From the sequence record MT939492.1: a stretch of 64,000 nt of DNA. One strand, given 5' to 3'. Position 1 is the first letter of the stretch; every line of letters starts with the position of its first letter. Positions 10,311 through 20,348 of this stretch are shown here, piece after piece. The notes under the pieces were generated by a model that did no database searches, was not told where the DNA came from, and saw only the letters and a program-made list of their open reading frames with translations. Made by a program: the position numbers and the translations under genes.

Positions 10311-11219
10311 ATGAAAGCCCTCGAATTCGTCCGGAGTCTCCAGGAGACCCTGCGACGTGATCAGATCACCGCTGCACTGGCTGCGCTGGATCATGAAGTC
10401 AACGGGGTGACCATCACCCCGTTCCAGACCGGCGTGCGCGTACTGGAAGGTCGCGGCGGTTTCCGCAGCCGCGCCGTCCAGGAAGTTGGTAAGGCCTTCG
10501 AAGCCGCCAACCGCGCCTGGGGTCCGAACTACCCCGTGCTGATGCTGCGTCTCATGGAAGAGATGCCGATGAAGGTGCAGATGGTCCTGAGTTACATCAA
10601 GACCAACTTCAACAAGGACGTGGCGCCGGAAGAGATGGACTACCGCCGTGCTGCGGTGCTCCAGTACCTCAACGCGCTGGACTTCTTCGTCACCTACTCC
10701 CGTCACCTGCTGCTGTGGACCATCGACTGCGAAACCGCAGCCGCCCAGGGCAACGTGAACGAGCGTGGTGCATCGACGATGCCGCAGGCCGAGCTGGAGA
10801 TGCTGCAGAAGGGCCTGCCCGGCTTCATCGCCGTGTGCAAGCTGCTGGAGATCCCGGTCGGCGAAGTGGACCGTGCGCTGAAGTCGATCCCCGATGCCGC
10901 CGTGCGTTCGGAGAACGATGAAGCCCTCCGTCAGGGTATCGGTGCTGCCAAGCTCGATCCGCTGCGCATGGACTTCATCCCGCCGCGCTGGAATCCGTTC
11001 TTCCACATCCGTGCTGGTCTGGCCATGTTCTCGGCCAACCGCTACCAGGCGGCCGTGGAAGAAGCACGTGCGATCGAGTACAGCCTGCTGAACCTGGAGC
11101 AGGTCTACGCTGGCCGCACTTCGGACCCGGCTGCCGTCAAGGCTCTGGACTACACCCGTCGTCGCCTGCTGGACAAGCGCCGGCAGGTTGCCAAGTACGA
11201 AGAAAAGTACCTCAACTAA
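10311..11219 (+). CDS. Inner-body/head protein (phiKZ gp090-like)
   Basis: 302 aa, RBS AAGGAA, syntenic position. Confidence 0.55.
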   Translation: MKALEFVRSLQETLRRDQITAALAALDHEVNGVTITPFQTGVRVLEGRGGFRSRAVQEVGKAFEAANRAWGPNYPVLMLRLMEEMPMKVQMVLSYIKTNFNKDVAPEEMDYRRAAVLQYLNALDFFVTYSRHLLLWTIDCETAAAQGNVNERGASTMPQAELEMLQKGLPGFIAVCKLLEIPVGEVDRALKSIPDAAVRSENDEALRQGIGAAKLDPLRMDFIPPRWNPFFHIRAGLAMFSANRYQAAVEEARAIEYSLLNLEQVYAGRTSDPAAVKALDYTRRRLLDKRRQVAKYEEKYLN

Positions 11220-11231
11220 GGAGGGTTACCG

Positions 11232-11741
11232 ATGGCAGCTCTCCTGATCTATCCCCGTCGTTACTTCCGCCGTGTACCGAGCGGCTCGGGTGTGATTCGC
11301 GTCAATGGTGATCCGGAGGTCAACAAGATCTTCGATGACTTCATGGCGCAGAAGCTCAACACTCAGTCCTTCGCCAAGCGCGCGGAAGTGTTGGTCGTGG
11401 CCGGTCGCCTGCTCCACAACTTCGTGGAATGGGCGAAGGACCAGCAGGCCAATGCCAACCTGCGGGGATACAACTACGACTTCCTGGTCGACACGATCAA
11501 CTTCATCAATTCCGGTAAGCGCAAGCTGTCGGTGATGAACTGGCATGATCTGGTCAGCGAAGACGATTTCCCCACACATGGCAACAATGTCGTTCGCGCC
11601 GTGCCGCTGGATCTGGGCATGTTTGAGAACGATTCGGCCTATGTTGTGACCAAGTGGTGCTCGCGTGATGGCGGGTTTGAGGACATGGTGCAGTCTCTGT
11701 ACCTGATCTTCGGCCGCAGTCGTCAGTCTCGCAGCGACTGA
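11232..11741 (+). CDS. Hypothetical protein (conserved head-cluster position)
   Basis: 169 aa, RBS AAGGAGG. Confidence 0.6.
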   Translation: MAALLIYPRRYFRRVPSGSGVIRVNGDPEVNKIFDDFMAQKLNTQSFAKRAEVLVVAGRLLHNFVEWAKDQQANANLRGYNYDFLVDTINFINSGKRKLSVMNWHDLVSEDDFPTHGNNVVRAVPLDLGMFENDSAYVVTKWCSRDGGFEDMVQSLYLIFGRSRQSRSD

Positions 11742-11773
11742 CCGCACTGGGATAGCGCAAGCTATTCTATAGG

Positions 11774-11890
11774 GAAAATGCTCACCGCTGGAAACATGTG
11801 AGCATTTTTCACGAGTATTATTTGGATCTATTTTGTTGGTGCGCACCACTAGCAGAAACCCGCAGCAGGGAATGCTGTAACAGCTGTTAC
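11774..11890. repeat. Cluster of inverted repeats/palindromes upstream of the major internal head gene
   Basis: AAAATGCTCAC-N12-GTGAGCATTTT (11775-11808), TGGTGCGCACCA (11837-11848), GTAACAGCTGTTAC (11877-11890). Confidence 0.7.
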
Positions 11891-11937
11891 TCGCCTGGGT
11901 CATTCCCCGGCACAACCCAATCAGAAGGACACACGTA

Positions 11938-13269
11938 ATGAGCGTTCGCGACTTTTTCGCCTCGATGGAATCGGAAGACAACGCCGATGAGAACCTGCCG
12001 GAAGAGACCGGCTCGGACAGCCTCGAAGCTGACCTGACCGAAGTCGAAGAGGCTGGTGCCGAAGCCGACACCGACCAGACCAACGTCGAGCAGCTGGAAG
12101 ACACCGCCGAAGCCCTGGAATCCATCGCCCTGTCGCTGGAAGCCGATGCCAAGAACGGTGGCCTGGACCCGGTCGCTGCCCGCTACGCACAGCGCGCCAT
12201 CGACTTCGCCCTGCGCCCGCTGGGCCCGTCGGCCAAGTTCTCCCACGCCTCGCTGGAATCCTTCGGCGGCGACAGCTCCAAGCAGTCGGCCACCCTGTCG
12301 ATGGAAGCCGACGTCAAGGCCTGGCTGAAGAAGGTCTGGGAAGCCATCAAGCGCGCCATCGCCAAGGTGCGTGACAGCATCAAGCAGCTGTTCATCAAGC
12401 TGTTCGCCGCTGCTCCGAAGCTGAAGCGCCGTGCCGACGCCCTGCAGACCACTGCCAAGGGCCTGGAAGGCGAGCCGAAGGAAAAGCAGCTGACCATCAG
12501 CGGCAACATCGCCTCGGGCATCGCCATCGGCAAGAAGGTCGACGCCCTGGGTGAAACCGCCCACGCCCTGCGTCAGCGCGGCGACTGGCTGTTCGACGAC
12601 TTCTTCAAGAAGACCTGGGAATACGGCGAAGCCTTCGCCAACGCCCTGGCCAACTGGAAGTTCGACAGCGAGAAGAACTTCGACGCCTCGGCCAAGTCCA
12701 TCGCCAACGTGTTCGAAATCCTGCCGACCGTGACCGGTGCCAAGGCCGCCGCCGGCGACAAGCGCTTCCAGGGCCTGGAAGTGGACCGCTCGGAAGCCAT
12801 GCCGGGCAACCAGGCGATCTTCGTGACCTGCAAGAAGCAGGGCACCACGCTCGCCGCCCAGATCGACTCGCTGGCCAGCTACTCCGTCAGCGTGCGTGAC
12901 TTCACCGCCACCCCGGTGGAAGTGAAGGAAGTCAAGATCTCGGTGCCGAACAAGGGCGAAATCGAGAAGGTCGGTTCGGAAATCTCCGCGCTGGCTGCTC
13001 GCGTGTCCAAGTTCAACAACGCGTTCCAGACCGTCGATCAGCTGATCAACAAGGTGAAGGGCGCGGGCGACAAGTTCTCGACCGAAGCCGAGAAGTCCGA
13101 GAAGCTGACCGGCGAGAACAAGAGCGCTGCCCGCCAGATCCTGTCGGCCGCCAAGTCCTGCGCCAACGTCGTGGACGCGCCGGCCGTGGCGATCACCCGC
13201 TACCTGATCACCACCGGCGCCAAGGTTCTGGCGCTGGCCGAGAAGGCTGCCGGCCAGTACAAGGGCTAA
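11938..13269 (+). CDS. High-copy internal head protein (phiKZ gp093-097 / SPN3US gp53-54 type)
   Basis: 443 aa with extreme C/G-ending codon bias; acidic propeptide with SME, SLE x3, ALE, SME motifs. Confidence 0.75.
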   Translation: MSVRDFFASMESEDNADENLPEETGSDSLEADLTEVEEAGAEADTDQTNVEQLEDTAEALESIALSLEADAKNGGLDPVAARYAQRAIDFALRPLGPSAKFSHASLESFGGDSSKQSATLSMEADVKAWLKKVWEAIKRAIAKVRDSIKQLFIKLFAAAPKLKRRADALQTTAKGLEGEPKEKQLTISGNIASGIAIGKKVDALGETAHALRQRGDWLFDDFFKKTWEYGEAFANALANWKFDSEKNFDASAKSIANVFEILPTVTGAKAAAGDKRFQGLEVDRSEAMPGNQAIFVTCKKQGTTLAAQIDSLASYSVSVRDFTATPVEVKEVKISVPNKGEIEKVGSEISALAARVSKFNNAFQTVDQLINKVKGAGDKFSTEAEKSEKLTGENKSAARQILSAAKSCANVVDAPAVAITRYLITTGAKVLALAEKAAGQYKG

Positions 13270-13294
13270 TACAGCCTCGTCTGCGTAAGCATGG

Positions 13295-13326
13295 AGCCGA
13301 GGCCCCTTCGGGGGCCTCGGCTTTAT
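13295..13326 (+). terminator. Hairpin terminator
   Basis: AGCCGAGGCCCC-TTCG-GGGGCCTCGGCT-TTAT. Confidence 0.75.
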
Positions 13327-13350
13327 TACGTCAACCAAGGAGAAGCAATC

Positions 13351-14661
13351 GTGGATGATTACACATCGTCCGACGTTGAAGCCTTCGCTGATGATGCCAT
13401 CGCCCAAGCCGTGGTCGAAACTCGTGATCCGAATCTGGCAGTAGCCGAGGACGTTGCTGAAACGGCCTTCACTGATTCGGTGGCCGAGATCGCCCGTGTG
13501 CCCGACGAGCTGGACGACGTCAATCGTGCGATGGATCTGGCAGAAGGTCTGCGTCGCCTGAACATGGTGACCGCCAACATCCAGGAAGCCACCCCCCATG
13601 AAGCTGCTCTGACCCAGATCGCTCTGGAGATGGCACTGGCTGGTACGGGCCGTTTGCCGGAGAGTCTGGCACCTGGTCTGGAAAGCAGCATCGGTTCGAA
13701 GATCTCGATGGAGGGCGTGGGTGAAACCATCGCTCGTATCTGGCAGCGCATCATGGACGTGATCCGTAATGTGCTGGCTTCCATCGCCGCCTTCTTCCAG
13801 CGCGCCATGGGTCAGATCGCTGTCCTCAAGCGCCGTGCACAGCGTATCGTGTCTCGCGCCAAGGCTGCCTCTGGCCAGCCGCTGGAAGCTGCCACCGTTG
13901 CGCTGGGCAGTGATGCCTACTCGCTGGCAGTACAGGGTCGTTCCCCCGCCGCTGTGGGGCAGATCGATTCGGCACTGCGTGAGATGACCCGTCAGGGCGA
14001 GATCCTCTTTGAGGTCTACCCCACGGCCATCAACGACACCCTGGGCAAGGTCAACGAGGCACTCGGTGATTTCGCCAACGGTCGGGCTCAGCAGGCAGTG
14101 CGTGCTGTCAAGTCGGGTGAAGATATCTTCGACCCGTGGAAGATGGCTGCCAAGTTCCGCACCTCGGTCCCCTTCGCCGACCCGCGCTTCGAGCCGGGTA
14201 CTGCCAAGGTGGTTCGCGGTCTGCCTGGCGGTTGGGGTCTGGTGTTCGTGTCCGCTGGTCATCAGGGTGCTGGCATGCAGTGGGTCCGTACGGTCTCCGA
14301 TGCGCAGCAGCCCACCGGTTCGGAAACGATGGCCACCATCCCGGCACAGCAGTGCCAGACCCTGGCGGAGCGTGTCTATGACATGCTCGGGTTCGTGGAG
14401 AAGGTCGAAGGCGGCAACTTCTTCCAGAACATGGAGAAGGCCTTCGCTGAACTGGATCGTCGTGGCAAGTCCGTGATGAGCGCCACCGATGCGGAGAAGA
14501 ACCCGCAGACCAGTGGTGCCAAGAAGGTGCTGTTGGCCTTCCTGTCCAACTTCACCCACCGCACCATCGGTCCGATGAGTCAGTTCCTGGGTCACTACAT
14601 CGTGGTGTGCCGTTCGGCCATGTCCGTCATGGAACGTTCGCTGGCTCTGCATCAGCGTTAA
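13351..14661 (+). CDS. Internal head protein paralogue
   Basis: 436 aa from GTG 13351 (RBS AAGGAG). ALE, GLE, SME motifs. The segment SMEGVGETIARIWQRIMDVI parallels SMEADVKAWLKKVWEAIKRAI of the upstream gene. Confidence 0.7.
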   Translation: MDDYTSSDVEAFADDAIAQAVVETRDPNLAVAEDVAETAFTDSVAEIARVPDELDDVNRAMDLAEGLRRLNMVTANIQEATPHEAALTQIALEMALAGTGRLPESLAPGLESSIGSKISMEGVGETIARIWQRIMDVIRNVLASIAAFFQRAMGQIAVLKRRAQRIVSRAKAASGQPLEAATVALGSDAYSLAVQGRSPAAVGQIDSALREMTRQGEILFEVYPTAINDTLGKVNEALGDFANGRAQQAVRAVKSGEDIFDPWKMAAKFRTSVPFADPRFEPGTAKVVRGLPGGWGLVFVSAGHQGAGMQWVRTVSDAQQPTGSETMATIPAQQCQTLAERVYDMLGFVEKVEGGNFFQNMEKAFAELDRRGKSVMSATDAEKNPQTSGAKKVLLAFLSNFTHRTIGPMSQFLGHYIVVCRSAMSVMERSLALHQR

Positions 14662-14669
14662 CTGGTATG

Positions 14670-14698
14670 GGGAGACCCTTCGGGGTCTCCCTTATGCC
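14670..14698 (+). terminator. Hairpin + TATGCC
   Basis: GGGAGACCC-TTCG-GGGTCTCCC-T-TATGCC. Confidence 0.75.
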
Positions 14699-14728
14699 GC
14701 TATGCCCTAAAACCATGATTCAAATAAG

Positions 14729-14746
14729 TTTCACCCCTATATCACC
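14729..14746 (+). promoter_or_regulatory. Candidate phage early promoter motif
   Basis: TTTCACCCCTATATCACC, intergenic, after a terminator. Confidence 0.5.
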
Positions 14747-14822
14747 CATGTGAGCGTCGACTTCAATTGCCGGCGTTAATCACACCCAATGTTTCACCAC
14801 CCTGAAGAGGAAGGAGTTTCAC

Positions 14823-15209
14823 ATGTCCAAGAATACCCCGATCCGTGACGTTGCCACCGCTACCAACCTGCTGCGCGCTGCTGTTCTGGCCAACATCAAC
14901 GGCGACCTGCTGTCGAAGCTGATCAAGGATCTCTCCGAGAACGACTCGGTGACCGTCTCCGGCGCCACCATCGACCGCGAAACCTTCGATGCCGCCATGG
15001 CCGAAATCAACGCATCGCTGATGCTGAACGAAGCCAACCTGGTCGATCCGGAACACTACGCCGGCGAGCAGATCAAGGAAGGCATGGGCTGGGCCGGCAA
15101 GACCCTGGTCGCCGGTGTGGTCATCGGTGGCCTGGCTGGTCTGGCCTACTGGTGGTACAACAACCGCGAAGGCGGTGACGGCACCCTGTTCGGCCGTACC
15201 GGCTTCTAA
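14823..15209 (+). CDS. Small protein with C-terminal transmembrane helix
   Basis: 128 aa, RBS AAGGAG, TM segment TLVAGVVIGGLAGLAYWWY. Confidence 0.65.
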   Translation: MSKNTPIRDVATATNLLRAAVLANINGDLLSKLIKDLSENDSVTVSGATIDRETFDAAMAEINASLMLNEANLVDPEHYAGEQIKEGMGWAGKTLVAGVVIGGLAGLAYWWYNNREGGDGTLFGRTGF

Positions 15210-15230
15210 GCCAGCGCTGCTGAGCATAGG

Positions 15231-15256
15231 CTCCACTCCCCTTCGGGGGAGTGGAG
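15231..15256. terminator. Hairpin preceded by GCATAG, with T11 downstream
   Basis: CTCCACTCCCC-TTCG-GGGGAGTGGAG. Confidence 0.7.
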
Positions 15257-15316
15257 ATCAAGGGTAGTCTTTTTTTTTTTGTCGATGTTATGACCCATGT
15301 CTAGAAAGAGGCCGAC

Positions 15317-17026
15317 ATGCCCAGCGGTTCTATCACGATTGACGAGACCTACGACAGCATCAGCCGGCCGGTGGTTTATGATGTTGTCCGTCAAATCCAG
15401 AAACTCACCGGTGCCCCGATCGGCACGACCATTCAGTACATCGGTATGTCCGGTGCTAGCTACATGAATGGCTCTACGCTCACTCCCCCTGAGGAGTTCA
15501 ACACCTTCTCCCATGCAAACAAGATGCGCGTGGAAGTGGTGGAGGACGTTGATGAGCGTTCGTTCCTGACCATGAACACGCACCAGAAAAATGCCATCGC
15601 TGTCTTCAGTGATCAGGCGCTGGGTGTTCTGGTGTATCCGATCTACTCGGCCACGATGGCCAGGATCAACTTCCAGTTCCGCGCAGAGAATGCGACGGTG
15701 GCTGAGCGTTTCCGCAATGACCTGCGCATGCGCACGGGCAAGGGACGCATGGAGAATCTGCACGTCGTCGACTACAGTTACTCCTTCCCCAAGGAGTTCC
15801 AGTACATCCTTTCCCGCATCTACGACCTGCGTGAAGAGCAGGGCGGTTACGGCCAGGAGTTCGACGAGTACCTCGAAGAGCACGGTTCCAACAAGCTCAC
15901 CGTGGTCACCAACCAGGTCGGGCAGCAGCCTCGCTTGGTGATTGCTGAACAGCAGATCCAGGTGCAAGGTTGGTTCGAGTTCTCTGCATTGCCAGATCAT
16001 CCGACCAAGGACGGCGAAGCGTCGGCTGTACAGTTCGACTTCAGCTACGTCTTCCAGTACGACAAGGTAACCGGTGCGCACATCGAGTACCCGATGGTCG
16101 TACACAACCAAGTGATTCCGGAAGACATTCGCCCTGCGCATGGCGAAGGCATCTACTCGCCGGATCAGCACTACCGCGCGCAGTCCTTCGATACACTGGC
16201 GCTGGAGCAGTTCAGCAAGTTGTTCCGTCCGCCGGGTTGCTGTCTGGATGGCGTGGTGTTGCCGTACTTCGACGACTGGATGCCCAAGCGCGTGCCTACG
16301 GGAACGTCCTCGATCATCACGCTGATGATTGCAGCCAGCCCGAATTCCGATCGCAATCTCGGCAATCTGTATCACCTGGGCGACTGGAAGTTGGACGATG
16401 ACCTGATGGCTTTCCTGATCGCCGAGCGGAAGTACATCTCGGTACTGGGTAAGTCGGTTGTCCACATGGCGCTGTTTGAGGGCAACATGCCTTTGACTGA
16501 CGGCGCCGTGAGTCTGGCTGAGGATGGCTGCGCGATCAAGCGGTTGGAGATTGACATGCGCAAGGTGTATCACCTGCGGCTGTCCATGCTCAACCATCTG
16601 CAACGCATCTCCACCGAAGACTGGAACCGCATGCGTAAGCATGGCAAGGCGCTGGTCAAACTGCTCACGCAGATCCAGTGCGGCTTTGCCAACGGCGCTT
16701 GGATTCCGGAATTGCTGCCCAATGGCTCTGTAGCCATGCGCGATATCGAGATCATCGTCAAGCGCGTCCAGATGCAGCGCGGTAACTACTTCAACGGCGT
16801 GGAGCATGTCATGCTCACCGTCGGCAACTACACACTCGTAACCTGGAGAAAAGAAGATGTCCTTCGTGACGGGAGCGGATCCCAACAAGGCGCCACCGGA
16901 GCCGACGCGTCGGCCGACTGGGGTAGTCGTGACGAATCCAGAGTATCGCGGTGTGACGGTGAATACCCGACACGTCCCGAGCTCTTCCCTGCTGACATTC
17001 GTCAGCGGCCAGAGTTGGATCGTTGA
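15317..17026 (+). CDS. Virion structural protein (phiKZ gp098-like)
   Basis: 569 aa, RBS AGAGG; overlaps the next gene by 170 nt; syntenic position. Confidence 0.55.
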   Translation: MPSGSITIDETYDSISRPVVYDVVRQIQKLTGAPIGTTIQYIGMSGASYMNGSTLTPPEEFNTFSHANKMRVEVVEDVDERSFLTMNTHQKNAIAVFSDQALGVLVYPIYSATMARINFQFRAENATVAERFRNDLRMRTGKGRMENLHVVDYSYSFPKEFQYILSRIYDLREEQGGYGQEFDEYLEEHGSNKLTVVTNQVGQQPRLVIAEQQIQVQGWFEFSALPDHPTKDGEASAVQFDFSYVFQYDKVTGAHIEYPMVVHNQVIPEDIRPAHGEGIYSPDQHYRAQSFDTLALEQFSKLFRPPGCCLDGVVLPYFDDWMPKRVPTGTSSIITLMIAASPNSDRNLGNLYHLGDWKLDDDLMAFLIAERKYISVLGKSVVHMALFEGNMPLTDGAVSLAEDGCAIKRLEIDMRKVYHLRLSMLNHLQRISTEDWNRMRKHGKALVKLLTQIQCGFANGAWIPELLPNGSVAMRDIEIIVKRVQMQRGNYFNGVEHVMLTVGNYTLVTWRKEDVLRDGSGSQQGATGADASADWGSRDESRVSRCDGEYPTRPELFPADIRQRPELDR

Positions 17027-18263
17027 CTACTACAGTCAGGTTCTGGATCTGGACAATGCGACCAGTGGCCAGCAGCGCGGCAAGCCTGCTGATCAGCAGC
17101 CGTACCGTCTGATCAAGGGAATGGAGCTGCGCGTCTCCAGCGCGCTCAACGATGGTCAGTCGCAGGAAGCTGACACCAAGTCCATGCAGGTGCGTGGTTC
17201 GGCAACGATCTACCCCGGACTGATCCCCAATGTCGGTGACATGTTCATCGCCGATGTGGGTGATGGTCGTGAGGCTGTCTTCCAGGTCAATCAGGCCGAG
17301 CGCAAGACGATCTTCAAGGACACCGTCCACACGATCGAATACGAGATCGTCTCCTACAACGATCCGGGTCGTCGCGAGGACTTCCGCCGCAAGACGACGG
17401 TGACCTATCACTTCGTCCGCGACTTCCTGCACCACGGTCAGAACCCGCTCATCATCGATGAGCTGTACAACAACCAGCGCAACATGATCCAGCACTACCG
17501 GGATCTGCTGGGGTCGTATTTCCGTGACTTCTTCAGTCACGATATCGGCACCCTGATCGTCCCGGACCAGAGCTCGATCACCTACGATCCGTTCATGGTG
17601 CGATTCGTCAGCCAGTGCTTCGAGGCGAGCGAGAACCACTATCGCGGCATCATGCGTGCGCTCAACGTGGGCGGCGATCGTGCGATGACGCAGCTCACGG
17701 TGCTCGACGCCATCGCTGCACTCAATGCGAATGTCCTGCACACGGCTGTGTACAAGATGCAGCTGGTGGACTCCTCGCGCTTCAAGGATCACGTGGTGTA
17801 CAACGGCATCTTCTACACGAAGGTGCGTGACGTTGTGTTCCCCGCCGAGGTGCGTACGGATGTGGATGCCAACTACACCCGTAACAACGTGGTGGCAGGT
17901 TCCGTCAATTCGCTGCAACGCTCCGGTGCTCGCGTCAAGGACATTCGGCGCCTGATCCGTACCAACGAAGTGCCGTCGCTGCTGGATCTGGGCAACGCGC
18001 CCACGGACGTACCCGACATCAATCGAGTGGCCGACTCGGATTACTACATCTTCACTGAGAAGTTCTACCACTCCCGTAGTGGTCAGCGCTCGACGAAGAT
18101 GGAGATCGAGGTCCATAAGCTGCTCAACGGCGAGCCGATGGACAACAAGGTGCTGATGAAGATGGCAACCGAGTGCCGCTACTGGGACAACCTGGAGCGC
18201 TTCTACTTCATCCCCATCCTGTGCGTCCTCTTGAAAATTGCATACAGGTCCAATCCATCATGA
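16857..18263 (+). CDS. Virion structural protein (phiKZ gp099-like)
   Basis: 468 aa, strong codon bias, syntenic position. Confidence 0.55.
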   Translation: MSFVTGADPNKAPPEPTRRPTGVVVTNPEYRGVTVNTRHVPSSSLLTFVSGQSWIVDYYSQVLDLDNATSGQQRGKPADQQPYRLIKGMELRVSSALNDGQSQEADTKSMQVRGSATIYPGLIPNVGDMFIADVGDGREAVFQVNQAERKTIFKDTVHTIEYEIVSYNDPGRREDFRRKTTVTYHFVRDFLHHGQNPLIIDELYNNQRNMIQHYRDLLGSYFRDFFSHDIGTLIVPDQSSITYDPFMVRFVSQCFEASENHYRGIMRALNVGGDRAMTQLTVLDAIAALNANVLHTAVYKMQLVDSSRFKDHVVYNGIFYTKVRDVVFPAEVRTDVDANYTRNNVVAGSVNSLQRSGARVKDIRRLIRTNEVPSLLDLGNAPTDVPDINRVADSDYYIFTEKFYHSRSGQRSTKMEIEVHKLLNGEPMDNKVLMKMATECRYWDNLERFYFIPILCVLLKIAYRSNPS

Positions 18264-18871
18264 GCTTCCTTCCGCCCGAACCCAAAAAGGTTTTCCGTCC
18301 CAGGCAAAAGGCCGCGGATAAGAGCGTAGCGCAGAAGCTGTTCACGTTCCGCTATAACGCACAGATCTCCAAGGTCCATCTGTTTTCGGAAAAGGAGATT
18401 GCGCAGTACGGCACCGTCTCCACGGGCAACAAGGATGTAGACAAGGCGATGGCCAATGAAACGGTCGTCGCCCGTCTTACCGCTCCAGAGATGGCGGAGT
18501 TCCTCGATGACTCCGTCAGCTTCAAGCTGGTCAACACCAAAGACAGCGTGGAGATCTTCCGCCACCTCATGGAACTGCTGAGGGAATGGGAAGTGCGCGC
18601 CAGCGAAGAGCTGCAGTCGATCGAGGTTCCTCTGGAAGCCTTGGTCAAGCTGGAGAAGCTCGCTGCCCACATGTACCAGAGCGCGAAGTTCTGGATCGCC
18701 AAGGGTGAGTACGGCAATGACCTGATGCATCGCCTGTCGATGTTCGGTTCGCGTCGTCGTCGTCACCTGAAGGATATTGGCGAGCCCAAGCGCGCCGTCA
18801 TCCGTGAAAGCGCCGGGATCAACATCACCTCCGGCATCCAGAAGGCGCTGGCTGAGCGAGAGCAATACTGA
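18260..18871 (+). CDS. Hypothetical protein (phiKZ gp100-like position)
   Basis: 203 aa from ATG 18260 (ATGA overlap with the upstream stop). Confidence 0.6.
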   Translation: MSFLPPEPKKVFRPRQKAADKSVAQKLFTFRYNAQISKVHLFSEKEIAQYGTVSTGNKDVDKAMANETVVARLTAPEMAEFLDDSVSFKLVNTKDSVEIFRHLMELLREWEVRASEELQSIEVPLEALVKLEKLAAHMYQSAKFWIAKGEYGNDLMHRLSMFGSRRRRHLKDIGEPKRAVIRESAGINITSGIQKALAEREQY

Positions 18872-20247
18872 TGGCCAAGACAATCCGCGAATCCCCGCTC
18901 TGGGATGAGATTCAGGATGTCATGAAGAACGGGTCGAAAGCTATCCAGTATCACTGGACGGCTGTGCTGCGCGCCAAGGAGATTGAGTACGACACCATCT
19001 GTGTGCTCTCGGTTGACAACGACCGAAACTTCCATGGGCGCTACGCCGACCACATGTTTGTCGAGGTGGCTGTGCAACCCGGCACGTTCTACGCTGACAT
19101 CTTCCCGCACAACGACACGCTGGAGATCATCCTCACCCGCACGCCCAAGTTCATTGCCGGTTCCACAGAAACCCCCGACGAAGCCCCCATGGTGCAAACC
19201 TACCGGGCCAGCATCGTCAATCCGAAGAACCCCTTGGTCACCATGAAGCAGGACTTTGGCGACAACAAGGAGGCGATGAATCTGTCTGACGTGGCTCGCG
19301 TTACGTTCCAGGTCTTTGACCACGCGTTGGAACAGCTGATGATGAAGACAGTCAATCAGGGCGCGACTCGTTCACGCCCCGGTGGGTTGGCTCGTTGGAT
19401 TCTCACCAATCTCAGTAAGGACATTGAGGTTGATGACGAATACAAGATCACCGGTGTGAGCATCGTCGACTATTCCAATCAGGAGCCCAGACCTCTGGTT
19501 CAGGTTCCTGCCGGAACGCGCTTTGTGGATGCGCCGCTGTATCTGCACGAACACCAGGGCGGGATCTACTCCGCCGGCATGGGCTACTACCTGCATGGTC
19601 GCGCATGGTACATGTATCCCTCCTACGACGTTACGCGCTTCAACACGGCCCGCCCGAAGCTTACGGTCATCGCAGTACCTGCCGACAAGCTGCCGGGCGT
19701 GGAGCGCACGTTCATGCGCGATAACACGCACACCACCATCATCGCAACCGGTGGCATCGAGTATCTAGACCCGACGGAAGGTCAGAAGCTCTCTGACGGT
19801 AACGGCGTCCGCTACAATGACAGCCGGAACGTCATGGAAGCTTATGGCGAAGTGGAGGGGAACAAGCTCAAAGTCGACAACTCGCTCAACACGACCGAGT
19901 ACGTCACCGAGCAGCGTGAGAATGGACTGAACAACGTCCAGACTGGCGCGCGTAAGTTCACCTCCAATCCGTTCGTCGAATCCTCGCTGCTGGCCAAGCG
20001 CAATGGTGCGTATGTGCAGGTCGTCTGGGAGAATAGCTCGGTTGACATGATCGAGCCGAACATGCCGGTACGCTACATGTACGTCCAGGGTGGTGACGTC
20101 AAGGAAGCCATGGGTACGCTGGCACAGGCGCACATGATCGTCGAACCCACCCAGCAGGGCATCGTCTTCGCCACGCACGTCCAGAAAACCATCCTGACGA
20201 TCTTCATCGGGTCGAAGCTGGACTGGGCTCAGGTCACCAATGAATGA
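18871..20247 (+). CDS. Virion structural protein, probable baseplate hub-like (phiKZ gp101-like)
   Basis: 458 aa, TGATG coupling, last gene of the structural block. Confidence 0.5.
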   Translation: MAKTIRESPLWDEIQDVMKNGSKAIQYHWTAVLRAKEIEYDTICVLSVDNDRNFHGRYADHMFVEVAVQPGTFYADIFPHNDTLEIILTRTPKFIAGSTETPDEAPMVQTYRASIVNPKNPLVTMKQDFGDNKEAMNLSDVARVTFQVFDHALEQLMMKTVNQGATRSRPGGLARWILTNLSKDIEVDDEYKITGVSIVDYSNQEPRPLVQVPAGTRFVDAPLYLHEHQGGIYSAGMGYYLHGRAWYMYPSYDVTRFNTARPKLTVIAVPADKLPGVERTFMRDNTHTTIIATGGIEYLDPTEGQKLSDGNGVRYNDSRNVMEAYGEVEGNKLKVDNSLNTTEYVTEQRENGLNNVQTGARKFTSNPFVESSLLAKRNGAYVQVVWENSSVDMIEPNMPVRYMYVQGGDVKEAMGTLAQAHMIVEPTQQGIVFATHVQKTILTIFIGSKLDWAQVTNE

Positions 20248-20252
20248 CATAA

Positions 20253-20281
20253 GGGAGGGGCGTAACGCCCCTCCCGATATG
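20253..20281 (+). terminator. Hairpin ending the structural block
   Basis: GGGAGGGGCG-TAA-CGCCCCTCCC-GATATG. Confidence 0.7.
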
Positions 20282-20295
20282 CGCTGTAAAAAAGA

Positions 20296-20312
20296 TTTGA
20301 CCGTACACTATC
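20296..20312 (+). promoter_or_regulatory. Candidate phage early promoter motif
   Basis: TTTGACCGTACACTATC. Confidence 0.45.
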
Positions 20313-20348
20313 CAATTGAGGTACAACTTCAATCTAATGGAGCAAGTC

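Noticed and set aside
8853-14652. 717-aa and 921-aa minus-strand ORFs
   Set aside because: Shadows of highly biased head-protein genes; no RBS or domain
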